DNA from: a marine bacterium B5-7
Lineage (GTDB): Bacteria > Pseudomonadota > Gammaproteobacteria > BQJM01
Direction: 5' to 3'
Assembly (NCBI GenBank): GCA_021604705.1
Contig: BQJM01000001.1
Location: forward strand, 72,887-136,886
Length of the DNA stretch: 64,000 nucleotides
Shown: in pieces, positions 18,911 to 29,652 of the stretch
Numbering within the stretch: the first letter of the stretch is position 1
Layout of the letters: every line of letters starts with the position of its first letter
Notes under the pieces: model-generated
Told to the model about the DNA's origin: nothing
Databases searched by the model: none
The model's input: only the letters and a program-made list of their open reading frames with translations
Program-made: the position numbers and the translations under genes

Positions 18911-20776
18911 ATGCAAAATCGTTACCCCTGGTGGAAAAGCGCGCTGGTGATTGTGTTAACAATCATCGGCTTGATTTATGCAGCACCTAATTTATACGGT
19001 GACGATCCCTCGATTCAACTTTCTGGTGTTCATGGTGCGCGTGTGGATACACACATCATTGATACAGTGAAAAACACCTTAACCACAGAAGATCTCACGG
19101 CGAAATCAATTAAAATTGTGAACGACAATTTAATCGTGATACGTTTTAAAGAAGTGAATACGCAGCTGAAAGCCCGGGATTTTTTAAAGGCTGCGCTGGG
19201 GCATGATTATACGGTGGCATTAAACTTAGCGCCGGCGACGCCGCATTGGCTTAATAGCTTTGGTGCGGGACCCATGAAGTTGGGACTGGATTTGCGTGGT
19301 GGCGTACACTTTTTGTTAGCAGTTGATGTTGACTCGGTGATTGCGAAACGTGAAGCAGAACAATTACGTGGTATTGCGCGTGCATTGCGTAAACAACGCA
19401 TTCGTTACAGTGGCGTGGCAAAACCGAAACACGCAGAAGGTATGGTCATTCATTTCCGTGATGTGGCTAGCTTGCATCAGGCGATGGATTATCTAAAAAA
19501 TGACTATCGTCAATTTATTTTCACAGAAAATACGGATAAAGGCTTTGTGTTAACAGCGCATTTCCAACCGGATGCCTTAACGAAAATGCAGCAAGAAGTG
19601 GTGGATCAAACCATGACTGTGTTACGTAATCGTGTCAATGAGTTAGGTATTGCAGAGCCGGTCATTCAGCAACAGGGTAAAGGTCGTATTTCTGTTGATT
19701 TGCCGGGTATTCAAGATGCTGCGCAAGCAAAACGTATTTTGGGTGGTACGGCAACGCTGGAATTCCATTTAGTTGATAGCACGCATGATGTGAGCACGGC
19801 GCTAGCGGGTACCGTGCCAGCCGGCACACGTGTGTATCGTATGAGTAATGGCACGCCGTTATTGTTACTTAACCAAATACTATTGAAAGGGAGTGATATC
19901 ACTTCTGCGACGTCTAGTTATGGTCAAGATGGTCGTCCTTCCGTGAGTTTGGCGGTGAGTGGTGCGGACGTCAGCTATTTTAGTAAAGTGACGCGCGATA
20001 GTGTAGGCCAGCGTATGGCAATCGTGTACGTAGAAACGAAGAATCAAAGTAAGTTGGTGAATGGTAAGGTGATAAACCGCGCACAAAAAGTAGAGCGCGT
20101 AATTAGTGCACCGACTATTCAAAGTGCTTTAGGCGCGAACTTCGAAATTACAGGGATCACTGACCCACAGGAAGCAAAAAACTTAGCTTTATTGCTGCGT
20201 GCGGGTGCATTGCCTGCGAATATTTATCCGATTGCAGAAACCACTGTTGGTCCTAGCCTTGGTAAAGACAACATTCATAAAGGTGTCTTGTCGGTTGAAA
20301 TCGGTTTCTTGATTATTGTCGTGTTTATGGGTTTGTATTATCGCTTGATGGGCATGTTTGCGAATCTAGCGCTGGCAGCAAATTTAATACTAACCGTGGC
20401 TGCTTTATCAATGATGGGCGCGACCTTAACTTTGCCGGGGATTGCCGGTTTGGTACTCGCGGTCGGCATGGCGGTGGATGCTAATGTATTGATTAACGAG
20501 CGTATTCGCGAAGAATTACGTAATGGTATGTCCGCACAAGCGGCGATTCATGTCGGGTATGAAAAAGCGTTTATCACGATTGTTGATGCGAACGTCACCA
20601 CCTTAATTGTGGCCGTCGTATTATTTGCGATTGGTTCTGGTTCCGTGAAAGGCTTTGCGGTGACGCTGATGATTGGTCTGGTGATTTCCATGTTTACGGC
20701 GATTACTGGTACGCGGGCATTGGTGAATTGGGTTTATGGTGGCAAACAATTGAAAAATATTTCGATTGGGATTTAG
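18911..20776 (+). CDS. secD: protein translocase subunit SecD
   Basis: 621 aa. Conserved SecD periplasmic and TM regions. Confidence 0.95.
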   Translation: MQNRYPWWKSALVIVLTIIGLIYAAPNLYGDDPSIQLSGVHGARVDTHIIDTVKNTLTTEDLTAKSIKIVNDNLIVIRFKEVNTQLKARDFLKAALGHDYTVALNLAPATPHWLNSFGAGPMKLGLDLRGGVHFLLAVDVDSVIAKREAEQLRGIARALRKQRIRYSGVAKPKHAEGMVIHFRDVASLHQAMDYLKNDYRQFIFTENTDKGFVLTAHFQPDALTKMQQEVVDQTMTVLRNRVNELGIAEPVIQQQGKGRISVDLPGIQDAAQAKRILGGTATLEFHLVDSTHDVSTALAGTVPAGTRVYRMSNGTPLLLLNQILLKGSDITSATSSYGQDGRPSVSLAVSGADVSYFSKVTRDSVGQRMAIVYVETKNQSKLVNGKVINRAQKVERVISAPTIQSALGANFEITGITDPQEAKNLALLLRAGALPANIYPIAETTVGPSLGKDNIHKGVLSVEIGFLIIVVFMGLYYRLMGMFANLALAANLILTVAALSMMGATLTLPGIAGLVLAVGMAVDANVLINERIREELRNGMSAQAAIHVGYEKAFITIVDANVTTLIVAVVLFAIGSGSVKGFAVTLMIGLVISMFTAITGTRALVNWVYGGKQLKNISIGI

Positions 20777-20804
20777 ATTTTACACAACAAAATTTCAGTA
20801 TGCC

Positions 20805-20872
20805 TGGAGCCAGGGTCTCCTGAAGCCACTGCAGTACTAGATGGAGACCCCGGGTCAAGCCCGGGGTGACAG
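20805..20872. repeat. REP-like palindromic elements between secD and secF
   Basis: GGAGACCCCGGGTCAAGCCCGGGGTGACAG (inverse orientation) plus a partial copy. Confidence 0.85.
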
Positions 20873-20917
20873 CGGTGATCCGGCATGGCAAAGAACGAAT
20901 ACTGAGGATAAAGTATT

Positions 20918-21829
20918 ATGGAATTTTTTAAAAAGACATCGATTGATTTTATGGGGCTCCGTAAATGGTGCGCTGTACTGTCTGTGTTGATGTTCGTGGT
21001 GTCGATTGCAGGTCTTGCGAAGTATGGCTTAAATCTGGGTTTAGATTTTACGGGTGGGACACAAATTCAGGTGGCCTATAAAAAACCGGCAGATTTATCC
21101 GATGTGCGCGCGCAATTAGCGCAGGCGCATTTTGATGAAGCGGTTGTTACCAGTTATGGCGATACCCATAACGCTTTAGTGAAAGTGGGCCAACGTGATG
21201 ATATGAGCCAGCAGCAACTAAGCGCAGCTATTATCAAAGCATTGCCAGGTGCTGCATTGCAGAGTGTGGAGTTTATCGGGCCGCAAGTCGGGCATGAGCT
21301 AGCCACCAACGGAACAATGGCTTTATTAATTGCGATGTTAATTACAGGGATCTACATTGCGCTGCGCTTTGAGTGGCGTTTAGCGGTAAGTTCTACTGTG
21401 GCATTGATTCATGATCCGATTATTATTCTCGGATTTTTCGCGATTTTCCAAGAAGAGTTTGATTTAACGGCCTTAGCTGCGCTGCTGACTATCTTAGGGT
21501 ATTCACTCAATGATACCGTCGTGGTTTTTGATCGGGTGCGTGAAAACTTTCGTAAGGTGCGTAAAGCAACGCCCGCAGAAATTATTAACTTGTCGGTTAA
21601 CCAAACTTTGTCACGAACCATCATGACATCGGCACTGACTTTCATGGCTGTATTGGCACTCTATCTTTACGGTGGACCGAAAATACATTCTTTCTCGTTG
21701 GCGTTTATCATCGGGATCATTGTGGGTACTTACTCATCGATCTACGTTGCCGGCGCACTTTCTGTTGCGCTAGGTCTGACGCGCGCTGATTTGATTCCTA
21801 AAGCCAAGCCGACTTTCGAAGAAGGCTAG
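20918..21829 (+). CDS. secF: protein translocase subunit SecF
   Basis: 303 aa, follows secD. Confidence 0.95.
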   Translation: MEFFKKTSIDFMGLRKWCAVLSVLMFVVSIAGLAKYGLNLGLDFTGGTQIQVAYKKPADLSDVRAQLAQAHFDEAVVTSYGDTHNALVKVGQRDDMSQQQLSAAIIKALPGAALQSVEFIGPQVGHELATNGTMALLIAMLITGIYIALRFEWRLAVSSTVALIHDPIIILGFFAIFQEEFDLTALAALLTILGYSLNDTVVVFDRVRENFRKVRKATPAEIINLSVNQTLSRTIMTSALTFMAVLALYLYGGPKIHSFSLAFIIGIIVGTYSSIYVAGALSVALGLTRADLIPKAKPTFEEG

Positions 21830-21838
21830 CGTTTACTT

Positions 21839-21882
21839 CTGTCATCCCGGAATTTTCCGAAGGAAAATGTCCGGGATCTCCT
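21839..21882. repeat. REP-like palindromic element after secF
   Basis: CTGTCATCCCGGAATTTTCCGAAGGAAAATGTCCGGGATCTCC. Confidence 0.9.
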
Positions 21883-22211
21883 ATTAACTACCCCATCACC
21901 CGGCGCAGCGGACATGATAGCAGTTCTACGCTGTAGTTTTTTGATGTTTTTACGCTGAGAAAGAACCGGTTGGTGAAGGTTCGGAAGCATGTGATCTTGT
22001 GGAGGCTGGTGATGCTGGCAACAAAACAGCAAATGCAGCGCGTTCTGACGCACTGTGCATTGAGCCAATGGTCAAATCAAGCTGAAGATACGCATCTCTA
22101 AATGTTTCATCAAAAATGGTTTGTATTGGATGCCCTTGTGCCACACGATAATAGTGAGATAAAGATAATGATGCACTGCAAGGTACCGCCAGAGAGCTAT
22201 TTTTTCGGAGT

Positions 22212-22412
22212 ATGCTATCTGACAAGCATGAGGTAAGAGCAGCGAAGAAGGGCGATTTTTGTATAGATAATCACGTGGTGATTGAAATAGGCGGAAAGAA
22301 CAAAGGCTTTTCTCAAATTAAAGAACAATCTAATGCCTATCTAGCTTGCGATGATTTAGAAACAGGCCTTGGTAGCCGTATTCCGTTATGGTTGTTTGGG
22401 TTTTTGTATTGA
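22212..22412 (+). pseudogene. possible 3' remnant of a COG1373/DUF4143-type ATPase gene
   Basis: Short ORF ending ...VVIEIGGKNKG...IPLWLFGFLY, resembling C-termini of DUF4143 ATPases. REP elements lie on both sides and no N-terminal part is present. Confidence 0.3.
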
Positions 22413-22417
22413 GGTCG

Positions 22418-22519
22418 CTGTTATCCCAGAACTACCGCTGTCATCCCGCGCTTGACGCGGGATCTCCTGAAAGCACTACAGTAATAGATGGAGACCCCGG
22501 GTCAAGCCCGGGGTGACAG
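22418..22519. repeat. REP-like elements (2 to 3 copies)
   Basis: GCTGTCATCCCGCGCTTGACGCGGGATCTCC and GGAGACCCCGGGTCAAGCCCGGGGTGACAG. Confidence 0.9.
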
Positions 22520-22545
22520 GAGTACAGTTAGTAATTTTTGCTTGG

Positions 22546-23250
22546 CTAATCTTTTACTGAATAAGGCAACGCTTGCCAAGTCATTGCAACCTCATGCAAG
22601 AAAAGGGGCGTCTCAAGCGCCGCATCTTTCACGACGCACAATGCTTGTTCGCCATCAGACAGAACCACTTTTCCAACAGCTTGCTGTTGATCATTCATCA
22701 CGACATCACCAGGTGTTGCAGAAACAACAACAGCCGCACATCGCATATGCTGTTTGATTTTCCCTAAGAAATGCATGCGCGCAACAATCTCTTGGCCGAT
22801 GTAACAACCTTTATTAAAACTGACAGCACCTAGGCTCGGTAAATTAATATCGTGCGGCGTGAATTGTTCGCTGGTTTCAGGAAAAATTTCAGGGATCCCT
22901 TGCTGGATGAGTTCCGCGACGCTGTTATCCTGTGCGCTACCACTGTCACCCCGCACTTGATGCGGGGTCTCCTTATCGATCACCGCGATACGAACCTTCG
23001 CACGTAACATGAATTTCTTAAGATTATTCATAGCTGTTTCTGCCAATGCACTGGGCACGCGCAATACAAAGCCATCGTCACGTTTCAACACACGCCACAA
23101 ACTCACGACGCGCCCTTTAGGATTACAATGTGCAGCCAGCACATCTTCGCCCACGGCAAGTGCAGCGATATCTGCTGTTAATTGCCCTTGCAGAAAGGTT
23201 TCTGTATCTTCACCTTCGCAGTGATAGTGGGTGTATGGAATGATTGACAT
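22546..23250 (-). CDS. ygfZ: tRNA-modifying folate-binding protein YgfZ
   Basis: KGCYIGQE motif. Divergent to sdhE-ygfX as in E. coli. Carries an in-frame REP insertion at 22943..22972. Confidence 0.85.
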   Translation of the reverse strand: MSIIPYTHYHCEGEDTETFLQGQLTADIAALAVGEDVLAAHCNPKGRVVSLWRVLKRDDGFVLRVPSALAETAMNNLKKFMLRAKVRIAVIDKETPHQVRGDSGSAQDNSVAELIQQGIPEIFPETSEQFTPHDINLPSLGAVSFNKGCYIGQEIVARMHFLGKIKQHMRCAAVVVSATPGDVVMNDQQQAVGKVVLSDGEQALCVVKDAALETPLFLHEVAMTWQALPYSVKD

Positions 23251-23336
23251 AATAAGCTCTCCTATTATTTCGCATTCTACGTGAAAGCGATGAAGGGTGT
23301 CACCCTAGTATGCAAACTGCTGTGATGGGATAAGGC

Positions 23337-23436
23337 GGGATCGGATATCTTTTTCAAAAACCGTCGGCGGCAGGGATAGCCGCCGTCGAGCTACAGGGAT
23401 GTATTTATGCGTGTTTTTGGAAGAGATATCGGATCC
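23337..23436. repeat. MITE-like element, family B, copy 1
   Basis: About 20-bp terminal inverted repeats (GGATCGGATATCTTTTTCAAAAACC ... GTTTTTGGAAGAGATATCGGATCC) flank a hairpin core CGGCGGCAGGGATAGCCGCCG. Confidence 0.8.
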
Positions 23437-23477
23437 TGCATCAACAATCATTGATATTGTATCCTATTAAACTCAGG

Positions 23478-23539
23478 ACAAAATCGGAGTATACTCCGAA
23501 AATGGCGTACAAAATCGGAGTATGGTCCGAAAATGGAAT
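23478..23539 (+). repeat. 31-bp tandem duplication upstream of or at the sdhE start
   Basis: ACAAAATCGGAGTATACTCCGAAAATGGCGT, then ACAAAATCGGAGTATGGTCCGAAAATGGAAT. Confidence 0.85.
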
Positions 23540-23855
23540 GAAAATTATGTTTTCAAGTAACAGTAAAAATTTAAACGGGGGTAAAGTGGATGATCTAGAT
23601 CCCACCTACCTCAGATGGCAGGCACACCGCCGTGGCATGTTAGAGCTTGATCAGGTCCTTGGCGGCTTTTTCGATGTGCATTATGTCAGTCTTTCGCCTG
23701 ACATGCAGGCGAGTTTCCGCGATCTGCTAGCAGTTTCCGATCAAACCCTGTTTAATTGGTTCTTTAAACATGCTGACGCTGATCCCGAATTCCATGCCCT
23801 CATCGAACAGATTAAAAAGCACGCTGGCATTCAGCCTCCACCTACGGCCGGATAA
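23538..23855 (+). CDS. sdhE: FAD assembly factor SdhE (YgfY/CptB)
   Basis: RGMLELD motif, ~100 aa. The ORF-track start at 23451 runs through a tandem repeat; an internal ATG (23538 or 23547) is more likely. Confidence 0.75.
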   Translation: MKIMFSSNSKNLNGGKVDDLDPTYLRWQAHRRGMLELDQVLGGFFDVHYVSLSPDMQASFRDLLAVSDQTLFNWFFKHADADPEFHALIEQIKKHAGIQPPPTAG

Positions 23856-24240
23856 GCGTTCTAGCGTTGCTTGCATTGTCTTTGTGGCCGCGTTGATTGG
23901 TTGGTTGTGGATGTTGCCGATACTGCCTAGCTGGCAAGCAGGGCTGAGTATCCTCCTGATCATCAGTTCGAAGCATACTTTATCTGAACAAATTGGTAGT
24001 TGGTCGCCTTCAGCAATTCGAGATATCACTTTTATCGGCCAACAATGGCGCTTAATCCCCAATAAAGGACCGTCAAAAGTCGCTAAACTGGTAAAAATCC
24101 CCTTGATATGGCCAATTGTCGTGTTGTTGTCCTTTAGAACCGGCTATAATACGCGACCAACGGTGATCTGGGTGACCCGTTGGCGCTGCGAGCTTGCAGC
24201 CTGGCGCCAATTGCGCGCACAACTGAGACATGAACAATGA
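23770..24240 (+). CDS. ygfX: inner membrane protein YgfX (CptA)-like; start uncertain (candidates GTG 23884, ATG 23911)
   Basis: Two TM helices, Trp/Arg-rich C-terminus. Sits after sdhE as in E. coli. The ORF-track start overlaps the sdhE coding region. Confidence 0.55.
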   Translation: MLTLIPNSMPSSNRLKSTLAFSLHLRPDKRSSVACIVFVAALIGWLWMLPILPSWQAGLSILLIISSKHTLSEQIGSWSPSAIRDITFIGQQWRLIPNKGPSKVAKLVKIPLIWPIVVLLSFRTGYNTRPTVIWVTRWRCELAAWRQLRAQLRHEQ

Positions 24241-26042
24241 CCACACCACTAGACCAAATTCGTAACTTTTCTATTATCGCGCATATCGATCATGGCAAAT
24301 CGACGATTGCCGATCGCTTCATTCATTTTTGTGGTGGCTTGACCGATCGAGAAATGCAAGCACAAATTCTTGATAGCATGGACATTGAGCGTGAGCGTGG
24401 TATCACGATTAAAGCGCAAAGCGTGACATTACATTACGACGCTGATGATGGAAAAACCTATCAGCTCAATTTTATTGACACACCGGGTCACGTGGATTTT
24501 TCTTATGAAGTCTCACGTTCGCTCTCTGCTTGCGAGGGCGCCTTACTGGTTGTCGATGCTGCACAAGGTGTGGAGGCGCAAACCGTTGCCGTGTGTTATA
24601 CCGCGGTAGAGCAGGGCTTAGAAGTGATCCCAGTGCTGAATAAAATGGACTTGCCGCAGGTCGAACCTGAAAAAGTTAAACAAGAAATCGAAGATATTAT
24701 TGGGATTGATGCGAGCGAAGCTTTGCCGGTGAGTGCTAAGCAAGGCACAGGTATTAAAGAATTGCTAGAAACACTTGTTGCGAAAGTGCCTCCGCCAGAA
24801 GGGGATACCGAAGAACCGCTACAAGCATTAATTATTGACTCCTGGTTTGATACTTATTTAGGCGTGGTGTCATTGGTGCGGGTGAAGCATGGCATACTTA
24901 AAAAAGGCGACAAAATCCAAGTGATGTCGACGGGAAAACAATATCCTGCTGATCGCGTGGGTGTATTTACACCGAAGCGCACAGATTTGCCTGAACTAAG
25001 ACCTGGCGAAGTGGGTTTTGTGGTTGCGGGGATTAAAGACATTAATGGTGCACCCGTTGGGGACACTTTAACGCATGCCTCAAGGCCGGCGACAGAACCA
25101 TTACCTGGCTTTAAGAAAGTGAAGCCGCAAGTCTACGCCGGGATGTATCCGGTTGACGCAGATGACTTTGAGGGATTCCGTGATGCACTAGGAAAATTGC
25201 GTTTAAATGATGCGTCTTTATTTTTCGAACCTGAATCATCCGACGCCTTAGGCTTTGGTTTCCGTTGTGGCTTCTTGGGCATGTTGCACATGGAAATTGT
25301 GCAAGAACGCTTAGAACGCGAATACGATTTAAATTTAATTACGACGGCACCGACCGTTGTGTATCAAATGGTGCTGAGAGATGACTCAGTAAAAACTTTA
25401 GAGAATCCTGCTAACTTACCCGATCCTGCGACCATTCAAGAGTGGCGTGAACCGATAGTCAAAGCAAATATTTTGGTGCCACAAGATTACGTGGGTGCTG
25501 TTATTTCTTTATGTATTGAGCGTCGTGGTGTGCAAAAACAAATGCATTACACCGGGAATCAAGTAGCAATTACCTATGAATTACCCATGGGTGAGGTGGT
25601 CTTAGACTTTTTCGATCGCCTAAAATCGGTGACGCGTGGTTATGGTTCTTTAGATTATGCGTTCGATCGTTTCGAAGCCGCACAACTCGTTAAATTAGAC
25701 ATTTTGATTAATGGCGATCGTGTGGATGCTTTATCCGTTATTGTGCATCGTTTGCATGCCGAAGGACGAGGCCGTCTGATTGCAGAAAAAATGAAAGAGA
25801 TTATTCCTAGACAAATGTTTGATGTGGCGATTCAAGCCGCGATTGGTGCACATGTGATTGCCAGAACAACCGTGAAAGCCTTACGTAAAAACGTGACAGC
25901 AAAATGTTACGGGGGTGATGTATCACGAAAACGTAAATTGCTGGACAAGCAAAAGAAAGGTAAAAAACGCATGAAACAAATTGGTAAAGTAGAAATTCCG
26001 CAAGATGCGTTCTTGGCGGTATTAAAAGTGGATGATAAGTAA
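24237..26042 (+). CDS. lepA: elongation factor 4 (LepA)
   Basis: GTPase motifs [18 protein letters not shown]. Confidence 0.95.
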   Translation: MTTPLDQIRNFSIIAHIDHGKSTIADRFIHFCGGLTDREMQAQILDSMDIERERGITIKAQSVTLHYDADDGKTYQLNFIDTPGHVDFSYEVSRSLSACEGALLVVDAAQGVEAQTVAVCYTAVEQGLEVIPVLNKMDLPQVEPEKVKQEIEDIIGIDASEALPVSAKQGTGIKELLETLVAKVPPPEGDTEEPLQALIIDSWFDTYLGVVSLVRVKHGILKKGDKIQVMSTGKQYPADRVGVFTPKRTDLPELRPGEVGFVVAGIKDINGAPVGDTLTHASRPATEPLPGFKKVKPQVYAGMYPVDADDFEGFRDALGKLRLNDASLFFEPESSDALGFGFRCGFLGMLHMEIVQERLEREYDLNLITTAPTVVYQMVLRDDSVKTLENPANLPDPATIQEWREPIVKANILVPQDYVGAVISLCIERRGVQKQMHYTGNQVAITYELPMGEVVLDFFDRLKSVTRGYGSLDYAFDRFEAAQLVKLDILINGDRVDALSVIVHRLHAEGRGRLIAEKMKEIIPRQMFDVAIQAAIGAHVIARTTVKALRKNVTAKCYGGDVSRKRKLLDKQKKGKKRMKQIGKVEIPQDAFLAVLKVDDK

Positions 26043-26737
26043 TGAAGTCGATACGTGATTTATATAAAACATTAAACTATACGTTTAAAGATATTGCGCT
26101 GTTGAATTTAGCTCTGCGCCATCGCAGTGCTAAGGGTCAAAGCAACGAACGATTGGAATTTTTGGGCGACTCTATTTTGAATTTCGTGATTGCGCAAGCG
26201 TTATTTGAACGTTTTCCACAAGCGAAAGAGGGCGAGCTTAGTCGTATGAGAGCGAACCTGGTGAAAGGGGATACCTTAGCCGAAATTGCAACGGATCTAG
26301 GGATTGGCGATCATTTAAATCTGGGCAGTGGCGAATTGAAAAGTGGCGGTAATCGTCGCCGTTCTATTCTAGCCGATAGCGTAGAATCTATTATTGCTGC
26401 CATTTATTTTGATGCGAATTTATCGGTTTGTCGCCAATGTATTTTAGGTTGGTTTGAAAACCGCTTAGAAAAAGCAGATGCGCTTCAAACCTATAAAGAT
26501 GCGAAAACGATGTTGCAAGAATATTTGCAGGCCCGCCGTTTTTCTTTGCCTACTTATGAAGTAACGAAAATTGAAGGTGAGGCACATGCGCAAATATTTT
26601 ATGTTGCTTGCAGTGTGGACGGCTTGGATTTAAGTGCACAAGGACAAGGGGCTTCACGTCGTACGGCAGAGCAGGAAGCCGCGCACGATTATTTACAACA
26701 ACTAAAAGTACAACGTGAGAATGCACATGCCAAATGA
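26042..26737 (+). CDS. rnc: ribonuclease III
   Basis: RNase III signature ERLEFLGDS and a C-terminal dsRBD. Confidence 0.9.
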   Translation: MKSIRDLYKTLNYTFKDIALLNLALRHRSAKGQSNERLEFLGDSILNFVIAQALFERFPQAKEGELSRMRANLVKGDTLAEIATDLGIGDHLNLGSGELKSGGNRRRSILADSVESIIAAIYFDANLSVCRQCILGWFENRLEKADALQTYKDAKTMLQEYLQARRFSLPTYEVTKIEGEAHAQIFYVACSVDGLDLSAQGQGASRRTAEQEAAHDYLQQLKVQRENAHAK

Positions 26738-27617
26738 TACACACAGCGGTTATATTGCGATTATCGGACGACCTAATGTGGGGAAATCTACATTACTGAA
26801 TGCGCTGATTGGTAAAAAGGTCGCGATTACCTGTCATAAACCTCAAACGACACGCCATCAGATTTTAGGCATTCACACGGAAGGCGAGTTGCAAATGATT
26901 TTTGTGGATACCCCGGGTATTCATCTGGGCAGCAAGTCTGCGATTAATCAGATGATGAATAAGACAGCGACACAAGCGGTAAAAGATGTGGATGCGGTTT
27001 TGTTTGTTGTGGATGCAACGCGCTGGACACAAGAAGATGAAAATGCATTGACAAAAGTAAGAAACGTGAAATGTCCGGTGTTTTTAGTGATTAACAAGAT
27101 CGATAAATTGCTGGATAAAAAACAATTGCTGCCGCAAATGGAGGGTTACAAAAAACTCTATGAGTTTACGAACATGATCCCTTTGTCAGCGCAGAAGCAG
27201 GATAATCTCGATGTGATTTGGCAGCTGCTTAAACCACTCATGCCGGAAGGACCGCATTATTTTCCGGATGATCAGATTACTGATCGACAAGAAACCTTTA
27301 TGGTGAGCGAAATTATTCGTGAAAAGCTGATGGCGCGCTTACAACAAGAAGTGCCGTATCAGCTGACGGTAGAAGTAGAACAATTCAAACGTGAAGAAGG
27401 TATACTACATATTAGTGCCGTGATCTGGGTAGAAACCGAAGGTCAAAAAGGGATTGTTATCGGAAAGCAAGGCCAGATGTTAAAAGGGGTGGGGCAGAAA
27501 GCCCGTCTGGAATTGCAATATCGTTTCGATCAAAAAGTGATGCTGAAACTCTGGGTGAACGTAAAAAGTGGTTGGTCTGACAACACGAAAGCACTACAGC
27601 AGTTTGGTTACGAGTAA
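26715..27617 (+). CDS. era: GTPase Era
   Basis: G1 motif GRPNVGKST, DTPG, and a KH domain. Follows rnc. Confidence 0.9.
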   Translation: MRMHMPNDTHSGYIAIIGRPNVGKSTLLNALIGKKVAITCHKPQTTRHQILGIHTEGELQMIFVDTPGIHLGSKSAINQMMNKTATQAVKDVDAVLFVVDATRWTQEDENALTKVRNVKCPVFLVINKIDKLLDKKQLLPQMEGYKKLYEFTNMIPLSAQKQDNLDVIWQLLKPLMPEGPHYFPDDQITDRQETFMVSEIIREKLMARLQQEVPYQLTVEVEQFKREEGILHISAVIWVETEGQKGIVIGKQGQMLKGVGQKARLELQYRFDQKVMLKLWVNVKSGWSDNTKALQQFGYE

Positions 27618-27638
27618 GGTTTGTTATCCTATTAGAAT

Positions 27639-28016
27639 CTGTCACCCCGCACTTGATGCTTGTCATTCCAGAAAATGCGTAAGCATTTTTCTGGAATCTA
27701 GATCCCAGACATTTTCCTTTGGAAAATTCTGGGATGACATCTGCACGGCATGATACAGAACACTGTCACCCCGCACTTGATGCGGGGTCTCCTGCTAACA
27801 CTGTTGTTGCCACTGTCACCCCGCATTTGATGCTTGTCATTCCAGAAAATGCGTAAGCATTTGTCTGGAATCTAGATCCCAGACATTTTCCTTTGGAAAA
27901 TTCTGGGATGACATCTGCACGGCATGATACAGAACACTGTCACCCCGCACTTGATGCGGGGTCTCCATCTATTACCGCAGTGTCATCAGGAGATACCGCA
28001 TCAAGCACGGCATGAC
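27639..28016. repeat. compound REP array with a ~175-bp tandem duplication and nested element subtypes
   Basis: The unit CTGTCACCCCGCACTTGATGC-[TTGTCATTCCAGAAAATGCGTAAGCATTTKTCTGGAATC]-...-CTGTCACCCCGCACTTGATGCGGGGTCTCC occurs twice, at 27639..27800 and 27815..27966. Confidence 0.9.
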
Positions 28017-28087
28017 GTGGGACTATTTTATCGCCAGTCGCTAAAATAGTCATTCATGCGGCACTTTAAATCCTTGATGAGCCTGGG

Positions 28088-28182
28088 AGGGGATTTCTTT
28101 CGAAAACCGTCGGCGGCAGGGATAGCCGCCGTCGAGCTCCAGGGATGGATTTATGCGTGTTTTTGAAAGAGATACCCGACTG
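28088..28182. repeat. MITE-like element, family B, copy 2
   Basis: About 90% identical to copy 1 (TTTCGAAAACCGTCGGCGGCAGGGATAGCCGCCGTCGAGCTCCAGGGATGGATTTATGCGTGTTTTTGAAAGAGATACCC). Confidence 0.8.
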
Positions 28183-28221
28183 GGCTTCTAATGATGATTT
28201 GATCGCTAGTCGCTTAAACAA

Positions 28222-28833
<612 letters not shown>

Positions 28834-28836
28834 TCA

Positions 28837-29652
28837 TTGTTGCATTGTAAGGAAATTCGTATGCAAGCGCTACTCAAACAAGTTGCCACCCGTTTTCAGG
28901 CAAATCAGGGCTTCTCAAACGCGGCAGCGCTGACTTACACGACCTTATTAGCATTGGTACCGTTGATGACGGTCTCTTTGTCCTTGCTATCTACTTTTCC
29001 GGTATTTAATAGCGTGCAAGGGAAAATCCAACATTTTATTTTTTCAAATATGATTGCTTCATCTGGAAAAATCGTTGAACAATACCTCGTGAAATTTTCT
29101 TCTCATGTGAATCACTTACCTGCAGCGGGTTTAGTCTTTTTATTATTTACAGCCTTGTTGCTGATTATGAACGTAGAAAAAACCTTAAACCGTATTTGGG
29201 GTGTTAAGAGAACACGGCCGATCATTCAAGCATTTTTATTGTACTGGGCGATTTTAACCTTGGCGCCGATTTTATTGGGGGCGAGTATTACGATTAGCAC
29301 GTATTTATTTTCACTGCCTTATATAAATGGTGTGACGAGCACGCTGAATGTTCATTTCATGAGGTTTTTACCTTGGTTCTGCATTAGCATTGCATTTACC
29401 ATTGTGTTTGTCGGCATGCCAAACTGTCGTGTACCAGTGAAGAGTGGCGTGCTTGCGGGGGTGTCTGCGGGCTTGTTATTTGAGTTGGCCAAGAAAATAT
29501 TTGCTCTATATATTAAACATTTCCCTACGTATGAAGTGTTATATGGTGCGCTAGCAGCTATTCCCATTTTCTTGATTTGGATGTATTGTTGCTGGGTGAT
29601 TACCTTGATTGGGGCGGAGTTGAGTGTTGCACTTAGTCGTGATCAATCCTGA
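28837..29652 (+). CDS. YihY/BrkB family inner membrane protein
   Basis: N-terminal motif ...AALTYTTLLALVPLM.. and multiple TM segments. The Met at 28861 is a possible alternative start. Confidence 0.8.
   Translation: MLHCKEIRMQALLKQVATRFQANQGFSNAAALTYTTLLALVPLMTVSLSLLSTFPVFNSVQGKIQHFIFSNMIASSGKIVEQYLVKFSSHVNHLPAAGLVFLLFTALLLIMNVEKTLNRIWGVKRTRPIIQAFLLYWAILTLAPILLGASITISTYLFSLPYINGVTSTLNVHFMRFLPWFCISIAFTIVFVGMPNCRVPVKSGVLAGVSAGLLFELAKKIFALYIKHFPTYEVLYGALAAIPIFLIWMYCCWVITLIGAELSVALSRDQS

Noticed and set aside
22488-22767. ORFs 22488..22757 (+) and 22573..22767 (+)
   Set aside because: They start inside a REP element and run antisense through ygfZ, so they are spurious.
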